A stretch of 53,320 nucleotides of DNA, filler included, from Circinaria calcarea (taxonomy: Eukaryota), in assembly GCA_051942165.1 (NCBI GenBank). It is 4 parts of 4 records of this genome, joined end to end, with 100 filler letters (N's around TTAATTAATTAA, not from the genome) between each part and the next. Parts side by side here need not be neighbours in the genome. Positions count along the whole stretch, not along the records: positions 1 to 13,288 come from JAVECS010000516.1; positions 13,389 to 26,667 come from JAVECS010000517.1; 2 more parts are not named here. The stretch is one strand, 5' to 3'. A program made the translations under genes and the position numbers. The notes under the pieces were generated by a model. That model saw nothing but the letters and a program-made list of their open reading frames with translations. It had not been told where the DNA came from and ran no database searches. Positions 12,697-24,616 of the stretch are shown piece after piece (positions within the stretch are counted from its first letter, which is position 1; every line of letters begins with the position of its first letter).

Positions 12697-13288
12697 CTAG
12701 CTGGACTACGTGTCGCTGAGCCAGATTAGTCTCCACAAAAGCTGCAGTTACGATCAGTGCAAGAATTATTTACAGCATGACCATTCGATTTTACTTGTTT
12801 ATTATTCCTGAATATATCGTCCCCCTTCTCTCCGACTCACGCAACATCCATTTAATACCTTCGGCCCGCCCCACCAAAAACCCCCTTCGCATCCAAGCCA
12901 TCCAATAATAACAGCCTGTGCAGTGAGAACTGCCAAACTGTATAATCGACGCAGTGCGAGCAATCCGCACTGCACTATACTACCAGTGTAAGGTATTACA
13001 CTACCAATGTAATCCAAAAGCCCCCGCACTTGCAACCGCCTGCACCATAATATCGGAGGCCTCACTCCCAATATTCCTTTCCCCCGCCATACACCGCCCT
13101 TATGGACGGACCCACCTTAGTCTCTTACCAAAATAAACCAGCCGTACCTACGCCCAGTCAGTCCATCTTACCGTACTGATTTACTAACGGAGCGGGGGCT
13201 CTGGTTTACCGGCATTTTAATCTCCCCCGTCTGCGTCCGTTGTTCCGTGGAGGTTTTCTGCGGGACGGGGAAAGGGTGGGGATAAGGA

Positions 13289-13388
13289 NNNNNNNNNNNN
13301 NNNNNNNNNNNNNNNNNNNNNNNNNNNNNNNNTTAATTAATTAANNNNNNNNNNNNNNNNNNNNNNNNNNNNNNNNNNNNNNNNNNNN
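13289..13388. other. Artificial contig spacer
   Basis: 44 N + TTAATTAATTAA (13333-13344, stops in all six frames) + 44 N. Confidence 0.97.
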
Positions 13389-16300
13389 CCCCTCCCCAAT
13401 CCTCGCCCCATCTCTCTCCAAAACATGCAGCAGCGGAAACAGCCCATGCGTCTCCTGCCTCTCGTCAATGCTCGCCCTCAAGCGGCCCATCCATGCCTCA
13501 TAGCCCAGTGGCTCCAGCATATAGCCAAACTGCTCCCGTAGCAGGTCCCAGAGCTCCGCGAAGAAGAGCCCATCGAGAACACGCTCGACATGGCCCGAAG
13601 CACCCTGACCAAAGACGCCCATCATGACACCTTGCGCTACCCGTGACACGTCGGTGACGAACAGCCAGTGCGCGGATTCGTCGACGTTGTAGGCACCGAT
13701 CTCGACGCAGGCCGCAACGAGGCGCCAGAGGAAATCACGCGTGTTGGCAATGCCAGAAGACGGGGCCCCGATAATGTAACCGGGCTTCATGGTACAGAGG
13801 CGGGTGTGCTGGAAGGAGGGATGCGAGACACAGGTGTGCACGAGGTGCTCGGAGGCGGCTTTGCTGAGGGCGTAGCCGTCGGTGGGGACGGGGTCGCGGG
13901 TGAGAAGGGGAAGGGTGTGGTTGGGTTTCTGGCCGCCGGAGATGTAGACGAAGGTGGATATGGTGGGAGCGAGCGCGGTAATTTTCAACAGCTCGAGGGT
14001 GGGAGAGACGTTTGGTGGCTTGAGGGTCTCGTAGTCGGAGCTGTAGTGGACTCGGGCGCCGTTGTGAATGACGGCGTGGATGCAATGGTCTTTTTGAGTA
14101 CTTGTGCCACGCAGAAGTTGCAGCTGTTGGCTGTCGAGTCCGAGGTCCGGTGCTGTAAGATCGCCCTGCCAAAGCGTGATCCGGGAGCGGAAGGCATCTT
14201 GCCACCAGCCCATTTTGGCAGCGGCATCTATAATGCGCTGGAGGCTTGTGAATTCTGTGAGACATCGCACCAGAGCGAATACACGGATATTTGATCTTGC
14301 CATGAGTTGTTGTAGAATTGCAGAGCCCAGGTACCCGGACGCGCCTGTGAGAAATATATTTTGTATCTGGACATTTTTTCTCGAGTAGCGATTCGGGCTT
14401 TGAGCTCCGATGTCTCTGAACAACTTCTCACCTAACTGATCAACCTCGCGACACATGTCAATAGCTGTAGATGTTTTAGAGGCCGTTGAGGATTGATTAG
14501 GGTAGTCGATCAAGAACGCCAAGTCTCTAATGGTAACCTTGGAACTCAAGAGTATTTCCATTGGAATCTTCACTTGGTGCGTTTTCTGCAGATACATTGA
14601 TAGTGAGATAATTTGGATGGAATCAATTCCGGCTCGCTGGAGTCTGAAATCGTGGTTTTCAAGCATTTCTCGTTTCACTCTATCATTGCATGCCACAAGC
14701 TCTGCCACCTTGAGACTGAGTACATTTGCCGTAGTATCCTTTGCATCAAGCCTGGAAGCTTTGAGATCCAGCATCGTAGAATAGGCTACTTTGGAAGGTC
14801 TCGACTCCATGTTCATAAGCCAGTCATCCACTAACCGCCTATCTAACTTTAGAGACGGTACGAACGGCATCCTCGTAACTATAAGGCACGCTGTAGGGAT
14901 CATGTAGCCTGGTAAGTTACTCGAAAGGTGTTTTCTGAGGCTCTCTATGGACAGAGACTGCTCAGGAGCAAGAGAGATGGGCTCATCTAGAATCCGCGAA
15001 GTGTTCGACTCTGTGCTCCGCATCTGCACTACAGCAACTAGCTCCCCAGCAAAGCATCCTCGCTTGGGTCGAGCTACAACCGATATCGCTACCCCTGGGA
15101 TCCGCGTAACATGGTGCTCAACTTCACCCGGTTCGATACGCTGGCCACGAAGCTTGATCTGGCTATCTTTTCTACCCACAAAATCGTGAGAGCCATCAAA
15201 AGAGCTGGTATTTATTCTGAGGAGGTCTCCCGTGAGATAGAATCGTTGGCACTTGAGCCCCAAGTCATGTGCCCACGACGGATTTTCGAAAAAGGATAAT
15301 CGGGTCTTGACTTCATCGTTGAGGTAGCCGCGTGCCAGACTTGGTCCTGCCACTACCAGCTCGCCCACAGCACCGATTGGAACAAGACGGTGGGGATCGT
15401 CTGGGTCCACAAGCCAGCATGAAGAGTTTCGTAGCGTATGTCCGACCGTTTCTGGGAGAGTTTGGCTGGGATGCATATACATAATCAAGCATATACCGAC
15501 CTCCGCAGGCCCATAGATTTGAATGAGCGAGACTTTCCCTGCCCATCTTTCAATGTGGGCTTGGGGTAGAGCCTCGCCACCAATGGCAAGTGTGCGGAGC
15601 GTTGGGACCTTGGATGGCTCAATTAGCCCTGCGAAAGACGGCGTTAAAATGGCATAGTTAGCTTTCATGCGATTAATAACATCGACTATGTTGCTTCGAC
15701 GGTCTTCTTCCGATGGTATGCATATAGCTCCGCCAAAGATTAATGTTGTGAAAATATCTATAATTGCCACATCAAAAGTATGAGCTGCGAACTGCAGAAC
15801 CCGGGCTGCATGGTAGCCCATTGCCTCTCCGTGGGCTATAGCATGAGTACAGATGGCGCCATGCTCGTGGATCATTCCCTTTGGTTTTCCAGTTGAGCCA
15901 GAAGTAAACAAGACAAATATCGGATCAGTGGAACCGGTATTGACAGAAGGAAAATCATGTATATTATTATACTGATGTTGAGAGACCGTTGTAGCAGAGA
16001 TTGTTACGACACGCTCTACCAACCCCACGAAAGTTGATGAAAATCGATCTGAGGTAACAATCACGCTTGCGTGGATACTGTCCAAGGTCTCTTTGAGCCG
16101 CGCCCCTGGATGCGTTGGATCAAGCGGAACGAATGCGCCTCCTGCTTTCAAGATTGCAAGCGTGGCAACCACAGTCCAGAGGCTTTTCTCGTAAGCGAAA
16201 GGCACGTACATTCCTGGACTCACACCTGCTTGAACCAATAGCTTTGCAGCAGTTGATGAAAAGCTGTCTAGCTGAGCGTAGGTCAGAGAGCCATCCCAGG

Positions 16301-17313
16301 CGCAAACAGCTTCAGAGCCTGGTATCGCTCTGGCAGTAGCTTCGACAAGATGGTGCATACAGCTCATCTGAGCGTACGGAATCTTGGGATTCCATGATAC
16401 CATTTTCTGCTTATCTTCCTCGCTGACAAAGTCCAGTTCTCTGACTTTACATTCCTTTTTCAAAACCAGCTTGTTTGTGATCTTTCGAAACGTATTCGCT
16501 ACAGCATGAGCATATAGTTTGGAGATTGTCGTGCACTGATAGCTAATTGACATACTGACAGGCGGCTGAGCTGCATCGAAATTCAGTATTAGGTCGAACT
16601 GCAAACGTAAAAGTTAGCCTAAGAAAGATAGGTAACACGAGACTAATGAAATTTTGACTCGGCATGATGTCAACAGTCAATGTGCTATTATATACACTTC
16701 TAAATGCAACGACCGGTTTTAGCGGTCTAAATTAAGATATAGAAAGATGAAATTAACGTACTAAATTACATTTTTCTAGCAAGAGAAGATTTATAAAATA
16801 GTATTAATTTACCGGTTGAGAACCCGTAAGCCGTGCAAGATATGCATTTCGCATTCCATCTGTTAGCGATACAGGGGCTGAAAATCTTACTGCCGTGTTG
16901 ACATGACTCGTCTTCAAGACTTGCCTAGTAGATTTCCAATGAGCAGCCGCATGAACATCTTTTACTTGGCAGTCATCAGCAAATTGAAACTGCAACACTG
17001 AAGCTTCAGTGTTTGCGCTAGGAGACATTTCGTTGGGGTTTCTTTGATAGCAATAAGAAGCCTGATCATTGAGAAGAACTGCAAAGGCAACAAAGTCGTT
17101 TCGCAAGTAAGCCCGCAACAAGAGTGCCCAGGCAGCCAGTACCAAGTCTTTCGAAAACTCAAAGCTGCCTCCCAAGGCCGGCAAGATAGTATCATCATGA
17201 AATACAGTGACAGAATCGCAGAGGTGACTCTCGATGTCTCTTTGTGGAGAGGTGGGGAAACGGCAGTGCTGGGGAAGGAGTGCTTCTGACGACTCTTGCG
17301 GGGTTGGACACAT
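13389..17313 (-). CDS. NRPS-like enzyme: degenerate C-like N-terminus, adenylation, thiolation and terminal reductase domains (A-T-R); C-terminus cut by contig end
   Basis: Exon 17313-16813, phase-0 intron 16812-16599, exon 16598-13389. A-domain motifs LTYAQLD, LKAGGAFVPLDP, FTSGSTGKPKG, FDVA, YGPAE, YLTGD, GRKDSQIKLRGQRIEPGEVE; T-domain GIDSI; R-domain FLTGASGYLG, HNGARVH, GYALSK. Confidence 0.95.
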
Positions 17314-18115
17314 GACCAGAGTTTGAAAGAGAGCGGGTAAACAGTGAACCCAAATGTGCTGTCACAAAGGTAAGTGGATGCCAGTTTCAGTATAGAGAAA
17401 TCTCAAAGTCGCCCAACTTGCTTAACAGCTGTAGACTTCTTAATTGCAAAGCTCGTCCGGAGCGGTTATGGGACAAGTATGCATGGCTGCGAGAGCGGAT
17501 AAGGTGTGATAGCCGGGCCTGAGATCTTGTGAAAGGCACGTATCGCCAAGGTCTTTGAATCTTGTCCACGTCCCGATCGCCAATGGCAATCGGGCCTACT
17601 CTAGTGCTGTGTTGCGTGGATTTGCATAATAGGTAGACTTGAGAGGACTTCTGCATGGGTGAGAAACGACGGGGTGACTTGGCGCACAGGTCCCCGCATA
17701 TGCGAACTTGAAGGTTTGAAGCTATACGATCACAGCATGTCGCGGCACCTTATCGCAGCTGGCGATGCATGCCGATCTGGCGAAGGCACCTTAGATCGGT
17801 ACCGAGTAGTTTTGGTGCAACTGCGGACTGAGACCGGAGACCCTGCATCGCAAGTCAATATTACCGTACAGCACTGTGGTAATATATAACAGAGTTGGTT
17901 TTCCCCCATAGGAATGAAGCGGGTACAATGGCGTTCCGAGAGCTCCTCGCAAAGGAAAAAAAAAAGCATACTAAAAGTGCCAACATGAGCGAATGTGTGT
18001 TTCATGGTCAAAAGGATAGGGAAAGAGAAACTCGGATATTTACATCGTCTGCCAAAAGTCTCATTGCCTCTCGTTGTCTCATTCCCTGGCGGCGACCAAG
18101 GTGTAATAGACTACC

Positions 18116-19231
18116 ATGGCTCGTTCAACGCTTGATCTGTCACTCTTTACCCATGGCAATGAATCAGAACGCCATCAGCTTGCATCAAGCTTACTCGGGA
18201 GTCTGTCTCAACGTGGTTTTGCGATTCTCGTAAACCATGGCATCTCAGACTCGACAGTAACGGAGTTGTTTGAATGGGTAAGCGTGAGACAACCTTCATT
18301 GTGGTATCTTAGCTAGCTGACTGGGATTCTGGCCGTGAATCGCAGAACAAGTCATTCTTCCGACTGCAGGCGATGGACAAGGCTTCAATCGCGCACCAGC
18401 CTGGACCTGATCCTCAAAGGGGTTGGAGCGGAATTGGAGCAGAGAACAGCTCTACGCTATACCGAACGGGGCTGCTAAAGTCTCGAGTGACGGAGGACCT
18501 AAAAGATGCAAGAGTAAGTAAGCGGCGACGTCACTGCACAGCTAGATTTATTGACGAATCAGGAACATTTTGATACTGGATCGAAATCGGACCTCCAATA
18601 TCCCAACAAGTGGCCTGACAAGAGTGTCCTGCCAGGCTTTCGTACTCAAATGGAGGCTGCATTCGAGACGTTGGAAGACATCAGTGCACATGTCATGGAA
18701 GCCCTCGAGGTGGCCTTCAAGTTGCCTTGCGGCGCTTTCCTCGACAGAATGACTCACCAAGGCAACGCGAGTGAAATGCGGCTGAACCATTACCCAGCAA
18801 TCGACATCAAAGAGATTAGGGCCGGAGGCGTGAGTCGAATCTGGCCTCATTTCGATCTAGGGGTGATAACTCTTCTGTTCCAAGATCGGGTCGGTGGACT
18901 TGAGTTTGAGAACCGAGAGGAACGTGGAACATTCGAGCGCATTGAGTGCGGTGCCCCGTCGGAAATGGTTGTCAATGTAAGCGAGACGCTGCAACGGTGG
19001 ACGAACGACATCCTAACTGCTGGTCTCCACCGGGTCGATATTCCCAGGCATATGGAAGACGAGGCGAGCGACATGCTCCCCGAGAGATATTCGATTGCGT
19101 ATTTCTGCAAGGCCGATCGGGATGCTTCTGTCGGACCTCTAAAGCAATTCGTGCACGAAAGCACTGGTCCCGTGTACCAGGACATGCTGGCCATAGAATA
19201 CCATCGGCAGAGATTGCAATCAGCATACTAG
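18116..19231 (+). CDS. 2-oxoglutarate/Fe(II) dioxygenase (DIOX_N + 2OG-FeII_Oxy)
   Basis: Exons 18116-18277, 18346-18513, 18563-19231. N-terminal LDLSLF..GFAILVNHGI; MRLNHYP; iron ligands H-F-D (WPHFDLGVITLLFQD) and H (GLHRV); 2OG-binding RYS. Confidence 0.93.
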
Positions 19232-19530
19232 CCAGGATGTCAGCACCTGTTAGAGTAGCTGAGCTTCATCGATGCTTCAAAGCCACCTTAATCGTAGCTG
19301 GTAAGCCTTTCACTTGACAGGAAAAGTTCATCAGTCTTTTGCGTGTATTTGTCAGATAAGATAAGAATGATATTGCTTTTCCCTGTTGGCAGCTCCATGC
19401 TAGAAAGTACTCCGATGATGCGTAGATTAGAGACTGCGCGATTGATATTGTACAATCGATAACGCAGGAGGCCAAGAAGGCATGCATGTCCCTCGAGACT
19501 TTGTAGAGTATCCGCTTGCAAGAGTCCAAC

Positions 19531-20682
19531 ATGTCAAGTTCGAATACCTTAGGCGTTGAACCCCAAAAAATCTCCATCACCATCCTCGGTTGCGGTGAGC
19601 CGTCGTTTTCTACCACCACTTCAACCTCATAAGCAAGAAGCATCTCTCTTTCCGCAAAAACGAAGTTAACCTCTGACAGCCCCCAAGGGAAGCTGGGCAC
19701 ATCCCTCCTGCAAGGTCTTCTCTTTCACCGGCGCCTCGAGCCTTCAGTCTCCAACCTTTCGGGCCCTCCATCTCCTTCCCATTCTTTTCTCGAAATCTCC
19801 CACATCTGCGTCACCGTTCGCCATCCTGCCAGCGTGACCCGCATCCAAGAGACTTTGCGCTCCATCTCCGCCCCTCACCGTCCTACTCCATCCGTCTCCA
19901 TCCTTCTGCAAGATGGAAACGGCGTCGCAGCCCAGGAAAGCGACGTCGTGATCCTAGGCTGCAAACCATCGGCCTTCAGCGCCATTCTCCAGGACTCGGC
20001 CGTCCGACAGGGGCTGCTTGGGGTCTCCAAAAGAAGTGGGAAGAGAAAGGTGCTAGTTAGTATCCTAGGCGGTGTCAGCATCGCCCAGCTAGAAAGTTGC
20101 CTCTATGCCTCCCCCAATCCCACACCTCAGGACGCAACGGAGGAAACCCCTTCTGACGAACAAGACCCAAGATCTCGCTGCATCATCATCCGCGCGATCC
20201 CCAATATAGCAGCTCGTATTCAGGAATCAGTCACTATTCTCTCTTCCCCGCCAGCTTCCTCCACTCTCTCTTCCACCATGGACGATTCAGCCATGGTCGT
20301 CAACGCCCTCTTCTCCCACCTCGGCCTCGTCAAACATCTTCCCGAATCTCAGTTCGCTCGTGCCTCCGCGCTCGCCGCCTCATCCCTTGCCTTCTATGCT
20401 AGAGTGATCGCCGCTGCTGCCGATGGCGCGATGGCAGACGGAGAAGGACTTGCCTGGGATGATGCCCTATGGATTGCAGCTTACGCAGCACGAGGCACGA
20501 GTGCGCTTGTCCTCGCGGGAGAGGAACCAGAAGCCGTTGTGCGGGCGGTAGCGACGAAAGGGGGAAGCACTATGGCCGGGTTGGAGGTGATGGCGCAGAG
20601 GGGAGTAGAGGAGGCAGTGAGGGAGGCTATAAAGGAGTGTGGGAGAGTTACGGAGGGACTGAATAACGCTCGACCTGGATAA
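19531..20682 (+). CDS. Pyrroline-5-carboxylate reductase-like protein
   Basis: Exons 19531-19594 and 19688-20682 join to give the Rossmann motif ITILGCGKLG. Also SDVVILGCKP, LVSILGGVS, IIRAIPN and C-terminal VATKGGSTMAGLEVM (family consensus V.SPGGTT..GL). Confidence 0.88.
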
Positions 20683-20765
20683 AGAAGAGAAAGAAATGCT
20701 ATATCAGAGATATCTTTCAAAATTGTGAACGTAGTCAATTTCCGCCTCTGGACCATTCCCTTCTC

Positions 20766-22245
20766 TCACTTACCCGCGTCCAAAATAACTTTCACAACTT
20801 CCCGCCTTTCAAAAGCGGCATATCCCTCCACCGCATCACTGAGGGGCATCACATGTTCCGTCATGAAGCCCAGGAGATGCTGCTTCTGCATAAAAAGACG
20901 CAGCGCTTCGGCGAAGATGGACCGGACAGGACAGCGGCCCATCTGGAGACGAAGGTTCTTGGCGTATGCTAAGTAAAACCGATCAGCCCCCTCCAGTCCC
21001 AACCTCACAAGCAGCAGGCTTCCGTTTGCATTTGCATAGTCGGGGAAGCTGAGAAAAAGGAGAAACAAAGATCAAGCCTTTGGAAACGGGCCTACCTTCG
21101 GCCAACGTCCACGGAACGCCTTCGCTGTGCACGCCCGCACTGACCAGAACGCCTCCGGGTCTCAAAAGATCAAAGCCGGTCCGTAGCGCCTCCTTTCGGC
21201 CCACCAGCTCCATGACCACGTCTGCGCCTCTGCCTTGCGTAGCCTGTCGGATCTGTTGGGCCACATTGTCTAAGCCGGCGCTGATGTCCAGCGGGATGGC
21301 GCCGAGGGCTTGAGCTTGGGAAAGCCGAGAGAGCACGCTGTCGATGGCGAAGAAATGCTGAGGGGGATATGTAGAGGCGGTGGTTATGGCGCAGAGGCCC
21401 ACGGGGCCGCAGCCGATGACTACGGCTGTAGTGCTGGTGGGAGGGAGAGAAGGTGGAAGGAGGGAGAAGGCCGAAGTGGCGGCGAAGTACTAGGTAGAAA
21501 GTGAGATGATAGTCAGTGATGCCAGACGGCTAAATGCAGAAGCGGAGAGAGCCGTAGAGAAATGAAAGAACAGGGAAACGTGAAATTGGAAAAGTAAGAA
21601 CGAGAAATGGAACGGAGAGAGCTTCTTACTCCTGTTGGGAAAACATCAGCCATGAGGACAAGGCTTTTGGCGTCGAGGCTCTCAGGGGCTTTGAAGACGG
21701 TCGTATCCGCGTGAGGGACCCGTACATATTCTGCCTGGGCCCCGGGCAGCTGCTGCGTGCCAAAAACGAGACATTCGACGCATCGGCTCGACAGGTTCGT
21801 TTGGCAGTAAAAGCAGACGCCGCTGTGAGAAATCTTTCAATGGGATTGCGGCCTAAACGCCCCTTTCGAGCAAAGTGTGAAAAGGAAAACCCAGAAGCCA
21901 TACCAGCTGACTGTAAAGGGGCTCACCACCAGATCTCCCACTTCTAGACTTTCAACCTCGTTACCTTTCTCCACCACCGCGCCGTAGAATTCATGGCCCA
22001 TGGTAGTACCTGCTGGGCAGGCTTCGTATCCGCGAAGCAGATGGAGATCACTATCGAGCTTCTTAGATGACAAGGGTCCGCTACTCATCTGACGCGGCGA
22101 TGGTGAAGGGGCGAGTTTTCACCAACCTGCCACACACTGCCGTGTACCGCACTCGCACTACTATGTCTTTTGCATGTTGGATGCGTGGAATCGGGCGCTT
22201 CTCCACCGCTACCTTTCCTGGGCCGTGGAATGTTATGGCGTTCAT
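20766..22245 (-). CDS. Zn-dependent medium-chain alcohol/aldehyde dehydrogenase (multi-exon)
   Basis: ATG 22245. Spliced motifs TAVCGSDLH, MGHEFYG, structural Zn site C-GVCFYC..SSRC, MADVFPTG, VIGCGPVG, GRGADVVMELVG, QMGRCPVRS; stop at 20766 after KVILDAGK. Confidence 0.92.
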
Positions 22246-22479
22246 CTTGTTTTCGAGCTTTGAAAACGTTGGGCGAGGTATCTCTCCAGGGATAATGGAA
22301 TGATCAGAGATCTTGCTACTTTATAGGCTTTCTTTTTAGTGTACTGTTTCATCATATGGTATTTACTACGGAGTACCAGGTTCACTATCGGTCGCATATT
22401 TTATAATGCAAGCTAGTGGCTCAGTCGACGTGCTGGGTGAGACAGCATAGAGGTTAAGCCCAAATACCGACGAGAAACC

Positions 22480-24097
22480 TCATGCGTTCTCTCCGTTTCT
22501 GTTACTACCCGATATGCGAGGCTTATGATTCCTGCGAAGTCCATGTCCTCCTGTAATTAACACAGTTAAGGCCAACAGAATGGAGCTCAAGACGCCCATG
22601 ACAAGCGACATTACCGACCAACCAAACCGACCTCGAATGAACCCAGCATAGAGCGGTCCCACCATCGAGCCCCCAGCAAATGCACAACTGAGAAGACCAT
22701 ACGCTTGAGCGTTAGCCCCGTAAGGACCGAAGATCCCGGGACTTGCCTGTTCGATTTCTTGCACCGCAGAAGAGGTTTCCTTTACAAAGGCCGGGTTAAG
22801 TAGAGTGACCGAGATCCCAATCGAAAACATCATCAGCCCGAGCTTTACAAAAGGCGAGGTCACGCCGTGATGGATCAGCCGTAAGAGAATCAGGGTCGAT
22901 GTCAATAGCAAGAGGCCGCCTGCTGCGGGCAACTTTGTGCCAAATCGATCTGTCAGCGCTCCAGAGATGGGCGAGAGCAGCGCAGGCAGTGCTAGAATCA
23001 GAAACAAGCAGGCAGACTTTGTGGCATTGAAGCCGAAACTGTCGTGGACATAAACAGCCAGGACGCCGTCGAAGCCTGTCGTGAAGCTATTTACCATGAA
23101 TAGACATACAACGGCAACCGAGAATCGTGGTGACGAAAGCAGGATTAGATTGGAAGAGCCGCCCGACCTTGGATGTGCTTTTGGCAAAAGAGATTCCGTC
23201 TCCGTGTTTCTTTGCGATCCGTGGAGATCTGCACTCGGAAACCGGTTACTTTTGCTTGTACTTTGATCTGCTGGAGCGAGATCTCTGCCATCGGTACCGT
23301 AAGTATTGCCAGTCACGACTACCGAAGGCGGCGTCAAGTTGGGAGATTCCACAGGACGTGGCTCGAAAGATATACGCTTTTCAACAATAACTATAAAACG
23401 CAAGGCGATGTCGAGGCCAATAAAAGCAAAGGCGGGAAGGAAGACCGCAAAATAGCCTCCATGGTCGTAGATGAAACCCCCGGCCACCGGGCCTAAGAGA
23501 ATGCCTATAGTAATGCTCATAGTAGTATATCCCGAGGCCTTGCCGATCCCATCGTTCCCAACGATATCAAGGAGAAGTGCATTGCCGATGGTAAACACGA
23601 CGGCGCTTGACAGCCCTTGTAAGACACGTGCGAGAAGTAGAACAGGTATTGTAGTTCCGAGGGCAAAGCAAAGGGTGGACGTTCCCAATATCACTAAGCC
23701 GAGAACGAAAGGCGTCTGTCGGCTAGGGCTTTTGTCTCCTATCCAACCAAAAAACACTAAATATTCCCTCGGGTTAGCTTCAATGGTCCACTGTATGGCC
23801 ATCCGCGCACTCAATGGTGAAAATTCGAAAGCTGAAAGACGTCTCTCCGAGCAGGAAAGCACGGCACATGGACTGAAAGTGCAACGTACGCGAACCAAGC
23901 ATCTGAGCTCCACCAAACGAGGCCAGCAAAATCGAGTTCCATCTCTGCACGTCCTCCTGCGCAAGCCCAACCCGCTCCGAGAGTGCATAGGGGAGCACAG
24001 GAAGGATGAGGTTGGCCAAGCCCATGTCAGTGAGCATCGCAATGCACACCACGAAGGTAATGAAAGCTTTGGAGGACCGAAACTTGCGGGCGACCAT
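22480..24097 (-). CDS. MFS transporter (vesicular amine transporter/DHA1-like)
   Basis: Exon from ATG 24097 (an extra upstream exon near 24270 is possible), intron 23889-23757, exon 23756-22480. About 12 hydrophobic segments; FRSSKAFITFVV, ILPVLPYAL, GWIGDK, ARVLQGLS, GALTDRFG. Confidence 0.9.
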
Positions 24098-24616
24098 TAT
24101 ATGATTTGCTGAGAAATGCACGGAATTGTATCAGGTGGTGTGCCCAGTCTCGGAGTCGGGGACGAGCTTCGTTGGACGACAGCGTAGATATAACCACCAC
24201 TCGCACGTCTCGCAATCTGGCCTGCGTCATCGCTTTCTCCAAATGCACGGTGAGGTTCGTTTAGGCTCATGCCGGGCAAGACCGAAGATCGAATCTGTAA
24301 GTTTTTGTTTGGGCTGGGACGAATCAGCTTCTCTGTATCTAGATCGGGAGATGGGAGTTAGAACACATGGGGTAAAGGCCCCTCACCTGCAGTCCGGATA
24401 ATCGGAATACCAAGAAGCTGGATACAACTAGAGTCAAGCTAAGTAGAAGGCTTTTCGTTAGTACTTTATTCGCAGCTGATTACGACTTTTGGTTTCTGGG
24501 GGTTTCAGTGCGGCTCGCCTCGTATACTCAGATTTGGTCAATTTAATAACTATGAATTGCTCGCCTATTGCTTAATTTAGAGTTGTTAAATACGGCGGTC
24601 CATTGATTAACATGCA

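Noticed and set aside
13333..13344. TTAATTAATTAA palindrome recurring three times at ~13.35-kb spacing
   Set aside because: Embedded in N runs; a synthetic six-frame stop linker, not biology.
13389..17313. Lys2 aminoadipate reductase, glycine-betaine reductase (A-T-R-R) or swainsonine SwnK
   Set aside because: The A domain looks NRPS-type with a C-like remnant; no KS/AT domains are present; only one R domain is visible, although the extreme C-terminus is cut off.
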